A stretch of 63,863 nucleotides of DNA, the filler included, from Octopus bimaculoides (lineage: Eukaryota): NCBI RefSeq assembly GCF_001194135.2. It is 7 parts of 7 records of this genome, joined end to end, with 100 filler letters (N's around TTAATTAATTAA, not from the genome) between each part and the next. Parts side by side here need not be neighbours in the genome. Positions count along the whole stretch, not along the records: positions 1 to 23,142 come from NC_068984.1; positions 23,243 to 30,708 come from NC_068993.1; 5 more parts are not named here. One strand, written 5' to 3'. This document shows, piece after piece, positions 14,330 to 27,915 of this stretch; the first letter of the stretch is position 1, and each line of letters begins with the position of its first letter. Below the pieces are notes generated by a model. That model was not told the origin of the DNA, did not search any database, and saw only the letters and a list, made by a program, of their open reading frames with translations. Both the position numbers and the translations under genes were made by a program.

Positions 14330-15845
14330 GACTAATTTCACAAAAATTCCAAAATATCCGCATTTCTCTATAAGAGAAAAGGAAACACCCAACAGTGTGA
14401 CAAACACAGGAGTACGTCACACATGCTGATCTCAGGAAAAATCCTAGCACGGATCATACTTAATAAGGCTTGTGATATTGTGTCTGGGCTACTTCCCAAG
14501 AATCAGTGTGGTTTCCGAAAATCTTACAGAACAATGGATATGATCTTTGTTACAAGTGAACTTCAAGAGAAATATAACGAACAAAATCACGTCCTCGACT
14601 CTGCATTCATCGACCTGACCAAGGCTTTTGACATTGTAAGCAGATATGACCTCTGGAAAATAATGAAGAAATTTGGGTGCCCAGACAAGTTCATTAGCAT
14701 TATACATTAATTTCGGAATGCCATACAAGCTCGTGTCTTGAATTGTGGAGAATTTTCGGCAACCTTCTCTGTAACAGTGGTGTGAATCAGGGTTGTGTTC
14801 TAGCTCCCACGATGCATTCTCCCTTGTAACACCTGGCATCCAGGAAAGATATAGATCTGATGTTGGTCTTTTTAACATCAGCCACTCAAAAGCAAAGACG
14901 AAAACCAGGATTCTTTTTGCGGACAATTGTGCTCTAAATGTAAATTCTGAAGCAGAGCTTCAACCGAGCTTAGTTTTCTTCAGCTTGCGATAACTTCGGT
15001 CTTACAATCAGCATTAAAAATAAAAAAAAACAATTAAAGGAAAACCTTACGTTGATCCACTATTCCTGACAGTCAACAGTCAACCTTTCCAAGCTGTAGG
15101 GATGATTCATCTACCTTGGAAATACATTGTAAAGGAGATTTTACATCGATGCTGAAGTGAATGCAAATATAGCAAAAACCAGCTCTGCCTTTGGGCATCA
15201 TCGTCACAAATTTGGAAAAGACATGGTCTGACAATAAAAACAAAACTTGAAATATATTAGAGCCGTTGTCGCTATTACGCTAATGTATGTTTGTGAAACA
15301 TGAGCAGTTTACCAAAGGTATGCCAAAAAATTAATTACTTTCATCTGACATGCTTACCAAAAATTCCTAACATCAGATGGCATTATAAAACTCTCAGTAC
15401 AACTGTGCTCGAGAAAGCTAATGTGCCAAGCATGCATGCTTTCCTGAGCAAATTCCAACTGCATTGGAGTAGACATATAGCACGCACGCACGCAGTTGGC
15501 TCTCGGTCACGTGTTGGACCAAAGAAGAAATACAAAGATTTGCTTAAGATAATCTTGAAAAAGATATAGAGCAGTCTACTCGGAACATCTTGTACAGGAT
15601 CGCTCATTGCGGTGTAGTGCTTCGTACTTGAAGATTCACCGCTTTGAATTGATATAACAGAGAAGCTAAGAAGTTGCACGGAAAGCAAGAATTTCCCCGG
15701 GTTCTGCTTGTACATACCCCCATTATACTCGCGGATTTTATGCCAAAATTGCCCCAAAAATCTATCTCAGAACCTCATAACCCCAGAATCCACAAAGTGT
15801 AAAGATGATAACCTGGTTATCCTCAGAAACATGAAAGATGAACCT
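14330..15845 (+). mobile_element. Decayed 5'-truncated RTE-clade (BovB-like) LINE
   Basis: LYKRKGN..CDKHR, GKILARIILN...QCGFRK...DMIFV..LQEK...FIDLTKAFD, ILFADNCAL (FADD relic), QLHWSRH, C-terminal C2H2-like relic; many stops and frameshifts. Confidence 0.9.
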
Positions 15846-17841
15846 ATTAATTGTTCTTAAGAAAATTAGAAACCTAAACAGGGATTGGTTTAAAGAGAAA
15901 TCACGGTTTATATTGGAGAACATAGAATTAGAACAATTTCAAGACTGAAATAAACACATTTCACTAGTCAATGGCAAAACGTCATATGATGACAGAATAA
16001 AACAGAATGCAATCAGATTTCAGACTAAAAAGATATTTATAATATTAGATAATAAACAAGGTTTTGTGAAAGAAGTCCAACTCTAGAAATAATGGCCAAG
16101 TTGTTTCTGATTGGATTGAATATGATATTAATTATTATTGAAAATACATCTATTTTTTCAGTTCAAATTTGTTAGTAAATATACATTTATTTTCTTAATT
16201 GCCATTGAAAGCGCATAACGAAACATGAAAAAAAGAAAATGAAAGACGGACTCAGAGAGAAAGCAGAAGAACGTTATAATAACAATCGTTTCAATGATGG
16301 CTGTAATGTTCATATTTGAGTTATATTTAAAAGCATAATTTCTAGCAAATAAAATTGTATGCACTTTCCAAAATATAAATTTATTTTCTACTTTTAAATA
16401 CCATCATGAAAAATTGCTTTACAGTTATTAAATAATTAAGCCATGATGCTGTACACGGAATATTTACATACAGAAGCACAAAGCACCAACACAGACATAT
16501 GCACACACACACACACACAACACACAGTGTATAGATAGATAGATAGATAGATACATACATACCTATATATACATATCTATATACAATTAATATGTATATA
16601 GTATTATAATATAATACATTGTAATATGTGTGTGTGTTTGCGTGTATGTGTGCGTATATGTGTGTGTGTGTACACATGCGTACACATGTGTGCGCGTTGG
16701 TACGAATTCCATACGTACGCAAATGATTAAATATCATTTACTTTATTTCGGTAGACAGGAAGAATTCGTCTGCCGTACCAATTATTCAGAAATGTCGCCA
16801 TTTCTCCCATCTTCTTTCCAATATGCTCTTTTCTTGCACATCGTCGTTTTAACTTCAGTGAAGTATTAATATATATAGAGAAAGGAGCTAAAAGTGTTTA
16901 AGTGATCGGTAAAGATGAATTATGGAAATAGAAAACATTAGCACTCCGATATATTTGAGGTTATGAAATGAGCTTGAAAGGAAAATTATGTTCACTGTCA
17001 CAAACAGATGCGCATTAAATTTTTGCGATATTTTAAGCAAATGTGAGCACTGATATATATATATATATATANNNNNNNNNNNNNNNNNNNNNNNNNNNNN
17101 NNNNNNNNNNNNNNNNNNNNNNNNNNNNNNNNNNNNNNNNNNNNNNNNNNNNNNNNNNNNNNNNNNNNNNNNNNNNNNNNNNNNNNNNNNNNNNNNNNNN
17201 NNNNNNNNNNNNNNNNNNNNNNNNNNNNNNNNNNNNNNNNNNNNNNNNNNNNNNNNNNNNNNNNNNNNNNNNNNNNNNNNNNNNNNNNNNNNNNNNNNNN
17301 NNNNNNNNNNNNNNNNNNNNNNNNNNNNNNNNNNNNNNNNNNNATATATATATATATATATATACATACATACATTAATATTTACATATGTACGTATGTA
17401 TATATAGTTCACAAAATTCTCAGAAACTTATAGTAACTAACGTCCGTATGTAAATGAAGAAGAAATGTACTCGGGCAAATAGATAGAAATGCACAAGCAC
17501 ACATACCTAGATACATGCGTAAACAATCACATATACACTCATATATATGATTGAGTGTGTGTCTGTGCGTGCGCCCACATGTGTACTCACATAGAAAAAC
17601 AGACGTATACAAATATGTACTCACATGGTATATATGGCTTGAAAGATAGGACAGAAATATACAGCTATTCATATAAAATGTATGCATTATATGCCATTTA
17701 TCAACGCATTCTTCAGCTATTTCTCGTTCTTTTACTCTTTCCTGTATTTTTTGGCTTCTTTCTCTTCGATTTCAGTCTATACGTAGTCTATTTCTACGGG
17801 TATATACACACACAAACACACACACGCATACACACGCGCGT

Positions 17842-17879
<38 letters not shown>

Positions 17880-17959
17880 ATATACATATAACCACGAAAG
17901 AATGAACACTCAACACTGGATGGGTGGATAAATAATCCTTTTTAATAGAATAGTATTAA

Positions 17960-18140
17960 CGGTTCTCTGCTTCGTGGCATTTCGTCCGTCTCCATGGTCT
18001 GAGTTCAAATTCCGCTAAGGTTGACTTTGCCTTTCATCCTTTCAGAGTCGATAAAATAAGTACCAGTTAACATTGATGTCGATGTAATCAACTTAACCTT
18101 CACCCTAAAATGTTGTAGGCCTTGTGCCAAAATTTCAAAG
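17960..18140 (+). mobile_element. SINE family A, head truncated
   Basis: gagttcaaattccgctaaggttgactttgcc...ataagtaccagtt. Confidence 0.8.
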
Positions 18141-18576
18141 TATAAAATTTATGCCTCAATAATAGAACAAAATAGACAACGAAGCGAAAACTTTTCCGAG
18201 ACGATTATGAAGAGTAGAGCGTGTAGAATGCTACAATTCACGCAAAATATAACACAAAACTAAGCCAAAGTGCAGATGCCTAAATCCATTTAAAGAACTG
18301 CGTGTTATTAGGAAAAATAATTTAGATTCCTTAGTCTTCAATAATAAAAACAACAACAAAGCTATTGTGAAGGAACTACATCAATTCTGTAATTAAGTCG
18401 TTGAATAATATTGAACTAAACTAAATTGATTGCTGATTCGTTCAGATCAATATCGTAAAATACAATCAAAACATTTCTCAACAGAAAAAAAAAAAAAAAA
18501 CTTTCCTTAAAAGCATTTGAATTCCAGAAAGTATTTACTACCATAAAGCGACACAGATATTTGTACTATCATAAAA

Positions 18577-18626
18577 GTGACGAGCTGGTAGAATCGTTAG
18601 CACGCCGGACAAAATGCTTAGGGGCT
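18577..18626 (+). mobile_element. SINE family A head only
   Basis: gacgagctggtagaatcgttagcacgccggacaaaatgcttag. Confidence 0.7.
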
Positions 18627-19249
18627 AATTCCTGTCCTTGCAAGAATTAGGAGGAAGCAAAAACAATTATTTGTACCGTTTCACCAGATTATGATCCTCA
18701 AGGAGTTGGTCGTGAGTGCAAGTACGGGAGGTCAGTATAAACTGGGTATTTTAACTGTGCAACGTATATTTTGTGAAGGTGGTCAGAAGGTGAGTGTGCG
18801 TGCGTAAACATGCATGTACAATGTTCCTATAAGAGTGATGTGTAATTTTCTTGATGCTTAATTTTGTATAATGCTGTTCGAATATATACATTTATATGAT
18901 GCCATGCGTGTGCGTGTGAGCATGTGTGTGTGTGCTTGTGTTTGGGTGTGTGCGTGTTTATTTACGTGCCTGTATGGTTATAAGAGGTACGAGTTCATAA
19001 GAAAACTATTAAATGCAGTACCAAATTACCATGTAAGAAAAAGAAAAGTTTGATATCATTTCGTTGTACTGTATGTGTTTGAAGGTGCGCGCGTGTGTGT
19101 GAGGATGCATGAGGCTCAGCTTGATCGTGAGTCTTCGTGTATGAGTTCGTGTGCTCTTGTGTGTGTGTTTGTGTGTCTCTGTAATTTCTTTCGAGTGCAT
19201 GTGCATGTGTTTAAATATGTTGTATTCGTTTTTGTTTTAATGTACGCTC

Positions 19250-19294
<45 letters not shown>

Positions 19295-19297
<3 letters not shown>

Positions 19298-19485
19298 GAG
19301 AATTTACGAAAAAGCAGCAACAGACGAGGACAGGTGGGGTAAACAACAAAAGGGTGTATTAGTTTAACGCTCGGGAATAGAGAAAGTCTTTAACGTTTCG
19401 AGCTACGCTCTTCAACAGAAGGAATACGGAGAAAACAAGGAGAAAAACACGGAGAAAAACAATTTGAATGTCGTGGTCAGCGATC
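19295..19485 (-). mobile_element. Solo Penelope terminal fragment with the same HHR-like motif (19387-19423)
   Basis: Near-identical to the reverse complement of about 40600-40790; abuts (TA)n. Confidence 0.7.
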
Positions 19486-19979
19486 TATGCATTGTATAGC
19501 ATCTTGTTTCGCTGTCCTGAGTACCCAGTGCTTGCCGGGGTTTGTGCTTGAGACCTTTAGCTAATGTATGTGTTTCTTATGCACTTTATGGTCAGTTTAA
19601 TTGAAACTGAATGCTCACGCCGATACGTATACCCTAGCTCAATATTCAAGAGAGTATTAACGAAAGGGGCATGAGCATCCTGAAAACGTCGATTTTATCA
19701 AAGAACCTTTTCAATTCACATACATCATGTATTGAGCACCTTCTATCCTATCCCCCTATCTCCCACTCTCCCACTCTCCCTCACTCTCTATAGAGATAGA
19801 TAGATACATACACACAAACATACAAACATACATACTTTCATACATATTTACATCATTATATATATGTGTGTGTTAAATATATATGTTTTATATTTATGTA
19901 TCTATCTATCTATTTACACAAGTACACACACATATACACATATATATATATATATTCTATTCATGACAATATGCATACA

Positions 19980-20030
<51 letters not shown>

Positions 20031-21018
20031 ATATGTATGTATGTATCTATGTATGTTATCAAATCAAAAACATAAAGATTTGAATTTATTTATGTTGCTC
20101 TGATGCTTTTTCAAAGAGATTCCCTTAGTAATTTGATGCAATAGGCATGCGTGACTTCACTGAAATGTGTACAACGTAAATACAACTAAATATGTATGCT
20201 GGGAATAAAATTATTTTCAGAATCCCAAATTTTAAAAACAAAACAAGATAACACAGTAAGATAATTTTCTCTGCTCTACTTTAAATCTAATTTGTCATCA
20301 TGATTGTCAACGATGCAGCTACTGTCAGCATCAATGTTAGTCTTTCCTCTTCTTTTTTTCCAATACTCTCTCTTGTTATACCCTCCACCCATCTGCATTG
20401 TCACGCAAGCTGTTATTTTATAATGAACTAGTTCTTACTTTTATCTGCCATCCACCCACCGCGGGGAGCATCTTTTGGAGAAAGTATGGACTTGAAGATT
20501 TTTATCTGACAAGACAACAGTTTCCTGTATTCTTCCTTCATTTAGACATAGTATGATTAGTTTTATTCCGAATGTTAAAACAAAGACAGAAGAAAACGAA
20601 AAACAAAATTTGAAATCAAATTGATCAAACAAGCATTACACATCGTTAATGGAAACTGACATTATATTTAATATTGTTGGCGAGTTAGTATACCTTAGTC
20701 ACGTGATTTAATTTAATGATGTTGTGGAATATAAGAGCAAGGGAAATTTCATAACAAGTTTTATTTTTGCAAAGCAATGTTTATTTTTATTCTGACAGAT
20801 AGCCTTAACGAGAATGAAAATATTGATTTGTAAAACTGGTCCAACTGCAGATTTGTAAGGGAACGATATTTCATGATGGAATCGACTGAACATAACGTAT
20901 ATTCTGGTAACACAGAAAGAAGGGAAAATAGTCAGTCTTTGTTGAATATGAAATCAGGAAAGAAGAAAAATGAAACTAAATAATAAAATGTATTTAATAC
21001 GACGCTTTATTTTCTCGC

Positions 21019-21180
21019 CTCAGCACAGCCAACAGGGCGGTCATATCAGTAGCGTTCATATCTCTTCCGAAGTACTCATAAAAGTAAGCTGACTGAATCA
21101 TCGATGAATTGTAACTCATGGTCCTATAGTGTCGAGTTCTTTATCATCTAAAATGAAGGATACAGAATCTATTGCTTTGA
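21019..21180 (-). CDS. Possible further prominin-like exon, with a 1-nt frameshift
   Basis: ctgcag acceptor, then KAIDSVSFILDDKELDTI; a shifted frame continues RTMSYNSSMIQSAYFYEYFGRDMNATDMTALLAVL, loosely like prominin loop 2. Only a GC-type donor is visible. Confidence 0.25.
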
Positions 21181-21306
21181 CTGCAGACCGAAATTTTGGC
21201 AGTGAAAAATATAGGCAATTGAATAGGCATATTTTTAATACTTGTGTAAATTCAGACATTACTTAAACTAAATCTGTGAAGAAACATCTCATTATTTCTG
21301 CCACAT

Positions 21307-21532
21307 AAAGGCGGCTTGACGGTAGAATCGCTAGCATACTGGACAAAATACTTAGTAGCATTTCTTCCGGTTTTACACTCGGAGTTCAAATTCCGCTAAG
21401 GTCAACTTTGCCTTTCATTCTTCCGAGGTCATTAAAATAAGTACCTGTTGAGCAATTGGGTTGATGTAATCGACTACTCACACCCCAGCAAAATTTCAGG
21501 ACTTGTACCAAAATTAGAAAGAATTATTTCTT
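21307..21532 (+). mobile_element. SINE family A
   Basis: Same head, core and tail as 60712. Confidence 0.85.
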
Positions 21533-22379
21533 CCCTGCCTCCAACTTTGCAGGAATATATTAACGGAATATATTTACAAAAGTTACCTCAGAGCTCTAAC
21601 GTGATACATAAAGACGAGAGGAACTAATTACGTATCAGGCATATTTTCTAATGATTGAACAAAGACATGGGTTGGAAATGAAAAAAAAAGGTAAGAAAAA
21701 CAAGCAGTGGGGTGTGCAGCTTAAGATTTATGGCAAGACGGTATTGATTTTGAGAGAAAAAAGAGACTGCATTAAAGTATTGTAATATTGGTTGGATTGC
21801 AGTAAATCTTGATAAGCTAACGTAATTGTTTATGAATTAAATTATAATATTCCTATTTATTTTTGAAATTATGTAACTTAAGAAAAGAAAAGTCTCAGAG
21901 AGAATTATATTCTACGATGGCATCCTATCTAAAAAGGAATACATAAATTATTTTTTCAAGACGGAAAAAAACCCCAGCGTTTTAAACAAAAGACAGATAA
22001 TAGATCAGCTAAATTGAATTTATGCAAAACTGCATTAATAAAGACAGCAAAATTTTAAATTTATTAACACAGATGTGACAAAAACGTGCTATCATAAATA
22101 GAACTAATGGCTATATCAATATTTTTAGGTGTCACAATTGTAAGAAACCTAAATAATACCATCTAATCTATTGATAATTGTTGTTTTCTATTAGTAAAAG
22201 AGGTTAGTATGCACACCCACAACAAACTCACACAGAGAAACATACAGATGTACAAAAACACACATACAAATACAATGCAAAGCTCCCACACAAACAGACA
22301 CACGTACATATACACACACACACAAACACAATATCCCCACACTCGAGCACAAACTCACACACATTCCAAGAAAAAACAC

Positions 22380-22977
22380 GGATCTTTGTGATTTGACGGG
22401 CAACACTTGTTTTCTTAACGAAACACTTTCAAACTTGGGACACTGGTAGAATGTGTCATATAAAACAACTTCTTCTCTTAACCTTCTTAACAAAAAATTG
22501 TACATCGCAAGTTATTTCATGTTAAAGTTGTATTTCTGTAATTTCAACCAATCACTGACGTCTATTCAGCTGAATACTGTTACTGCTGTTCGGTATCAAG
22601 TCTGTTATTCCCTGTTTAATTATATCATTATTCCCTAGTAAGGGTTTAGGGTTTTAGGGTTAGGGTTCTGGTTTTAGAGTTAGGGTTCGGGTTTTAGGGT
22701 TAGGGTTTTAGGGTTAAGGTTGGGGTTAGGGTTGGGGTTAGGGTTAGGGTTAGGGTTATGGCTATGAGCTATAGGTTTAGAGTTAAGGTTATGGCAAAAA
22801 TAATCATAACCCTAACCGTAATCCTAAAACTAACCCTAACTCTAAAACCCGAACCCTAACCCTAAAACCCTAAAGCTAAAACCAGTACAAACGCACGAAC
22901 GATGTTATAAATAAGAGTAACACGGGTAGTTGTTGTTGACAAACAACGGGACTAATTTTATTCAAGGGAAAAGATCC
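22380..22977. mobile_element. Second copy of the telomere-repeat MITE
   Basis: ggatcttt...aagatcc termini; shares acactttcaaactt..ggtagaatgtgtcatataaaac with 46290; TTAGGG-like then CCCTAA-like tracts. Confidence 0.85.
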
Positions 22978-23008
22978 CATGACACTGTTACGGCATTAAT
23001 TATTTTCA

Positions 23009-23142
23009 GGATCTTTTTTAAAACGGGGGCCACATTTTTCATTAACGAAATACTTTGAAACTTGGAACACTGGTAGAATGTGTCATATAAAACATCTTTT
23101 TCTCTTAGTCTTCTAAGAAATCCATAAATTATTCCATGTTAA
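23009..23142. mobile_element. Left end of a third MITE copy, running into a gap
   Basis: ggatctttt...actggtagaatgtgtcatataaaacatc. Confidence 0.75.
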
Positions 23143-23242
23143 NNNNNNNNNNNNNNNNNNNNNNNNNNNNNNNNNNNNNNNNNNNNTTAATTAATTAANN
23201 NNNNNNNNNNNNNNNNNNNNNNNNNNNNNNNNNNNNNNNNNN
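23143..23242. other. 100-bp assembly gap with TTAATTAATTAA linker (similar linkers near 30753, 38693, 49670, 55643, 61947)
   Basis: 44 N, a 12-mer with stops in all six frames, 44 N. Confidence 0.9.
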
Positions 23243-23305
<63 letters not shown>

Positions 23306-24489
23306 TTGTATGTATGTATGTGTGTGTGCTTGTCTGCGTGTGCGTGTAAAGCCTGTAATCTAAAACAATATGTTGCTGGAAGGGAAATGTGATAACCAGT
23401 AATGTAGGAAGACAAGTGGGGAGGAAATACATACTTTGAAATGTAAGACAACAATAAAAATCTATGAAGAGAAGACAAGTAAATAAATATACATATGTAA
23501 AAAACTGAAAGAGAAATAAACAAGCAAACAAATGAACACATGAAACAGCAATAAAATAAAATAAACCAATAGTAAAACTGAAAATAAAAGAACAAGGAAA
23601 ACACGATTCATACATACGTACGTACATATATACACACATACATACACAACACAAAGTAAATTTCTACTTTTTGTTATAGTTCTTATTGTTCTATTTCACT
23701 CCTTTATCTACTTGAAAAGTGTTGATAAAAATAGACTAGCTATATAAATGTGGAGCTTGCCTTCTGTGCACTTCATTGCAGCGTGGGCCTGGCTACAGAA
23801 CAGATCATGAGAGAGAAAATTCTTTGACCGTTGCTAAGAAATTCGTTCGGAAGTTTCCAAAATCAGTGCGTTTGTTCTAGTTTTGTTCGTTTTAGGAGTT
23901 TATTGCCGTTTGGTGTTGTTAATTAACGAAATAATTCTTTTTTTTTTTTGCCTAAATAAATGAAATATGAATGTTTAGTGAGAAGCTGCTGTGACTTTGA
24001 GAGATGAATCGGTAACAATAGACCAACAAACATGCGTTCAACCACAGAACAGGTCAACCGGCTCAAACAGAACTTGAACTCGGTATATATTACCCGGTTA
24101 TCGATATATACCGGGTTCAATTTAAAAACAAAAAAATTTGAATAAAATAAAAAATTAAACAGCAAACTCCTTAACTTTTCCGAGTGAAAGTGGAACAAAA
24201 ATCTTTTCACTGTATAAATAACCTCAAGCAAATAAACATGGTGAGAAAGTGAACTAAGTAAACCCAAAATCCGTACTGTGACCGTTTGACCCAAGCAGCT
24301 ACCAAGTCTCCCTCAGGTTATTGATCTTATAAATAAATATGATCGACAATCTGGATGACAATGTTGTGAATACACTATGTTCGATAAATAAATAAAAAAG
24401 AAGATTGTTGGAAATATATTTCATAATAAATCTGTTGGATGGAATTTGAGCTACAACCAAAATAAGGCGCAACAACAGCGACACACACG

Positions 24490-24562
<73 letters not shown>

Positions 24563-25907
24563 CTATATAGAGAGTATTATTATTTTACAGAATGTACTTG
24601 AGTAGGTGGCGGATGTCTAAGGTCATTAGAGCGTAACAGTGTTACTCTGTTCAAATCTCGTTGAGGTCAAACTTTTCCTTCCGTTCTTCAAGTTCAATAA
24701 TTAAACTACCTTTTAGTGCACTGTGAGGCCTGTAATAATATTTCCTTTCTCTTCCTCTACCTCCTCCTCCTCTAAGAATGAGTTACGTAGTCGATGTTTC
24801 CGTCCAGTTGAGGGCTTCTAAATCGAAGTGATTTACCGCCTGGAAAACATTTGCCCCTCACCTCCTCGAAACGAGCCTGCATTCAACTGAGAAAGCACTA
24901 AGAATACCCACCTGCCANNNNNNNNNNNNNNNNNNNNNNNNNNNNNNNNNNNNNNNNNNNNNNNNNNNNNNNNNNNNNNNNNNNNNNNNNNNNNNNNNNN
25001 NNNNNNNNNNNNNNNNNNNNNNNNNNNNNNNNNNNNNNNNNNNNNNNNNNNNNNNNNNNNNNNNNNNNNNNNNNNNNNNNNNNNNNNNNNNNNNNNNNNN
25101 NNNNNNNNNNNNNNNNNNNNNNNNNNNNNNNNNNNNNNNNNNNNNNNNNNNNNNNNNNNNNNNNNNNNNNNNNNNNNNNNNNNNNNNNNNNNNNNNNNNN
25201 NNNNNNNNNNNNNNNNNNNNNNNNNNNNNNNNNNNNNNNNNNNNNNNNNNNNNNNNNNNNNNNNNNNNNNNNNNNNNNNNNNNNNNNNNNNNNNNNNNNN
25301 NNNNNNNNNNNNNNNNNNNNNNNNNNNNNNNNNNNNNNNNNNNNNNNNNNNNNNNNNNNNNNNNNNNNNNNNNNNNNNNNNNNATATATATATATATATA
25401 TATATATAGATATATATATGAAGAGAGAGAGAGAGAATGAAATTTAGATTTGTGTGTGTGTGTGTGTGTCGCTTGCAGCGATGAGCGTTCAGCAGTTCCA
25501 TGAAAAGAATTACCTGGTCATTGAATTAACGTTTAAATGGCTGAGTATTCCGAAAGCATGTGTACCCTTAATTTAATACTCAGTCAGAACCAACGTGGCA
25601 CAATGTACGACAAAGCCGAACTTTTGGATTAGAAGAAAATCCATTTGACTGATTTCGCGCAGTTTCCGTCCTAAGATTGGAGTAACTTGAGGTTAACAGT
25701 ACATGATTTTTGCGGGGCTTCTTAAACATATATAAAAGGGTAGCAGTAGATTAAGAGAATGCACTTCTCTACGTTCACATACCGTCGAAGTGCATCGTAT
25801 TTCTTTTTGGTTCTCTTGTTGATTCGCCGGGTTAGTTTTACTTCAGCAGATTTGTGATTAAATATAAACCAACGTTTACCGTGCTGTCTACTCTGCAAAC
25901 ATTGGGG

Positions 25908-26277
25908 ACTGTAGGCGTGGCTAGAAGTTTGCTTCCCACCACAAGGTCCGGCTGGGTCCCACTGTGTGGCACCTGTGCAAGCGTCTTCTACTGTAGCCTC
26001 AGGCCGACCAAAGCATTGTGGGCGGACTTCGTACACGGAAACTGAAAGAAGCCTGTCGTACACACATACATGCTCACATACATTTATATACACGCACGCA
26101 CGTGTGTGTGTTCTCCACCACCGCTTGGAAAGCGGTGTTAGTGTGTTTACATCTTTATATTCTAGTGCGGCAAAAGAGAAGAAATTAAATGCTGGGCTTA
26201 GAAGAAATTAAATGCTGGGGTCGATTTGTTCGACTAAGATTCAAGGCGGTGCCCCAGAAACGAGTAAAAGATAAAGA
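25908..26277 (+). mobile_element. tRNA-derived SINE family B, near full length
   Basis: ...cccactgtgtggcacc...aggccgaccaaagc...cggaaactgaaagaagcc, internal microsatellite, ggggtcgatttg...aaggcggtgccccag tail. Confidence 0.85.
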
Positions 26278-27584
26278 TATTATTAAAAGCAATATGTTTT
26301 TAGATGGAAGGAATTTTCCTTTCTTTTTATTGAAAGGAGATTTTGTTATCCCTAGTATATTTAGCCACCATACAGAGGCTTTCCTTCTCGACTTGAAGTA
26401 CAATGTGTTACTAGGATATGCCATAATAGTAAAAATAGAAAAGAAATTCTATAAAAGTTAAGGCTGACATTAAAACTATATAAGGATTGCGATATTACTG
26501 TAGAAGATCATTTAAACTATGAAGTAGTTTCACCATCCTCTACACGTATTTGTCTTTGAAATATATCTTGTAGATTAGTATTTCTTTAAGAATGATGACT
26601 GTGCACAAATAAATGATAAAATAAGAATAAAATAATTATAAAGAAAACTAAAAGAAGAAACTTATACTATGATGGTTTATGTAGCAATTAATTTGACTGC
26701 GCAATTCTAATGGACGAATCCAATTTCTCAAATGAAACAGACCTACACGTTTACTGCATGAATCAGTGCAGCTAAAAGTTGTTTTTTCCTGTTAAATATA
26801 GGTAAATTACTCAGCCTCAGTTTCGAATTAGAAAGTTTAAAAATTAAAAATTGGAAGTGGAATGAAACTTATACATACATAGAAATGGACAGAAAAGTCC
26901 ACCTATTTTACTGATAATCTTTGATCCTGCAGCAATTCGTCTCTACACCGTCTGTGGCCAAGACATTTAACTCTCACATCAATCCAACTGTAAAAAGATT
27001 CATTTCTGCGGTACATTTCCGGAGAATCTACAAATCAAACACTGCAGATATTGAGGAGGATTTATTTAATGTGGAGATGGAGTTTGAGTCATCCCATATA
27101 TATTTTGAGAGGGATTTGCTTCTAACTTGTCTTAAATTCTAACTCATCCAGATGAAGTGGTTAAAGATTTAAATCCAGTTCTCTTTAGTGTGTCTGTGTG
27201 TGTGTGTGTGCGTGTGTTTCATTATTGATTTAGTCAGGTCGAAGGGCATGTCTTCATAGCCTTCGTAGGTTTCCCCTAGAGCCGTGAGATTAACGTGGTT
27301 AAGATTTCTCAGCGTCCGGGAAGGTAAAATAAAAAGAAAACAAGAACGATAAAAACTGGAGAGTAGGAATGTCAACCAGTGATGCTCTAGTGGGAGGGAG
27401 AAACTGGATGGAGTAATTAATATGGGGTGTAAGAGTTGAATAATTATACAGGTGACTCGAAGAGGAGAAACAAGTGTGTCGGTTGTGCCTTGGTAGACGT
27501 GACAAGAGAACAGCAAACTTCCGCAGAGCAAAGGCCAGTTTAGTAGTCGTAGAAAAGGTAAGGAGAAGACACAGCATGCTTAAG

Positions 27585-27760
27585 ATATATTGGTTTCAAA
27601 TTTTGGGACAAGGCTAGCAATTTCGGGAAAAGGATAAATCGATTCCATCGACCCCAGTGTTCAACTTATTTTATCGACCCCGGAAGGGATGACAGGCAAA
27701 GTCAATCTCAGCGGAATTTGAACTCATAATGTAAAGACGGATGAAATGCCGCTAAGCATA
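27585..27760 (-). mobile_element. SINE family A
   Basis: ggcaaagtcaatctcagcggaatttgaactc...gaaatgccgctaagcat. Confidence 0.85.
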
Positions 27761-27777
27761 CACACATATATATTATA

Positions 27778-27915
27778 TATACGACAGGCTTCTTTCCGTC
27801 TACCAAATCCTTTCAGAAGGCTTTGGTCGGCCCGAGGTTATAGTAAAAGACACTGGCCAAGGTGCCACGCAACCATGTGGTTGGGAAACAAGCTTCTTAT
27901 CACGCAGCTACACCC
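27778..27915 (-). mobile_element. SINE family B, 5' half
   Basis: ttccgtctaccaaatcc...ggctttggtcggccc...aggtgccacgc. Confidence 0.8.

Noticed and set aside
22641-22878. True chromosome-fusion scar
   Set aside because: Embedded in termini shared with two other dispersed copies in the window.
27200-27270. Hammerhead-like TGAAGA...GAAAC on the minus strand
   Set aside because: Stems I-III do not pair.
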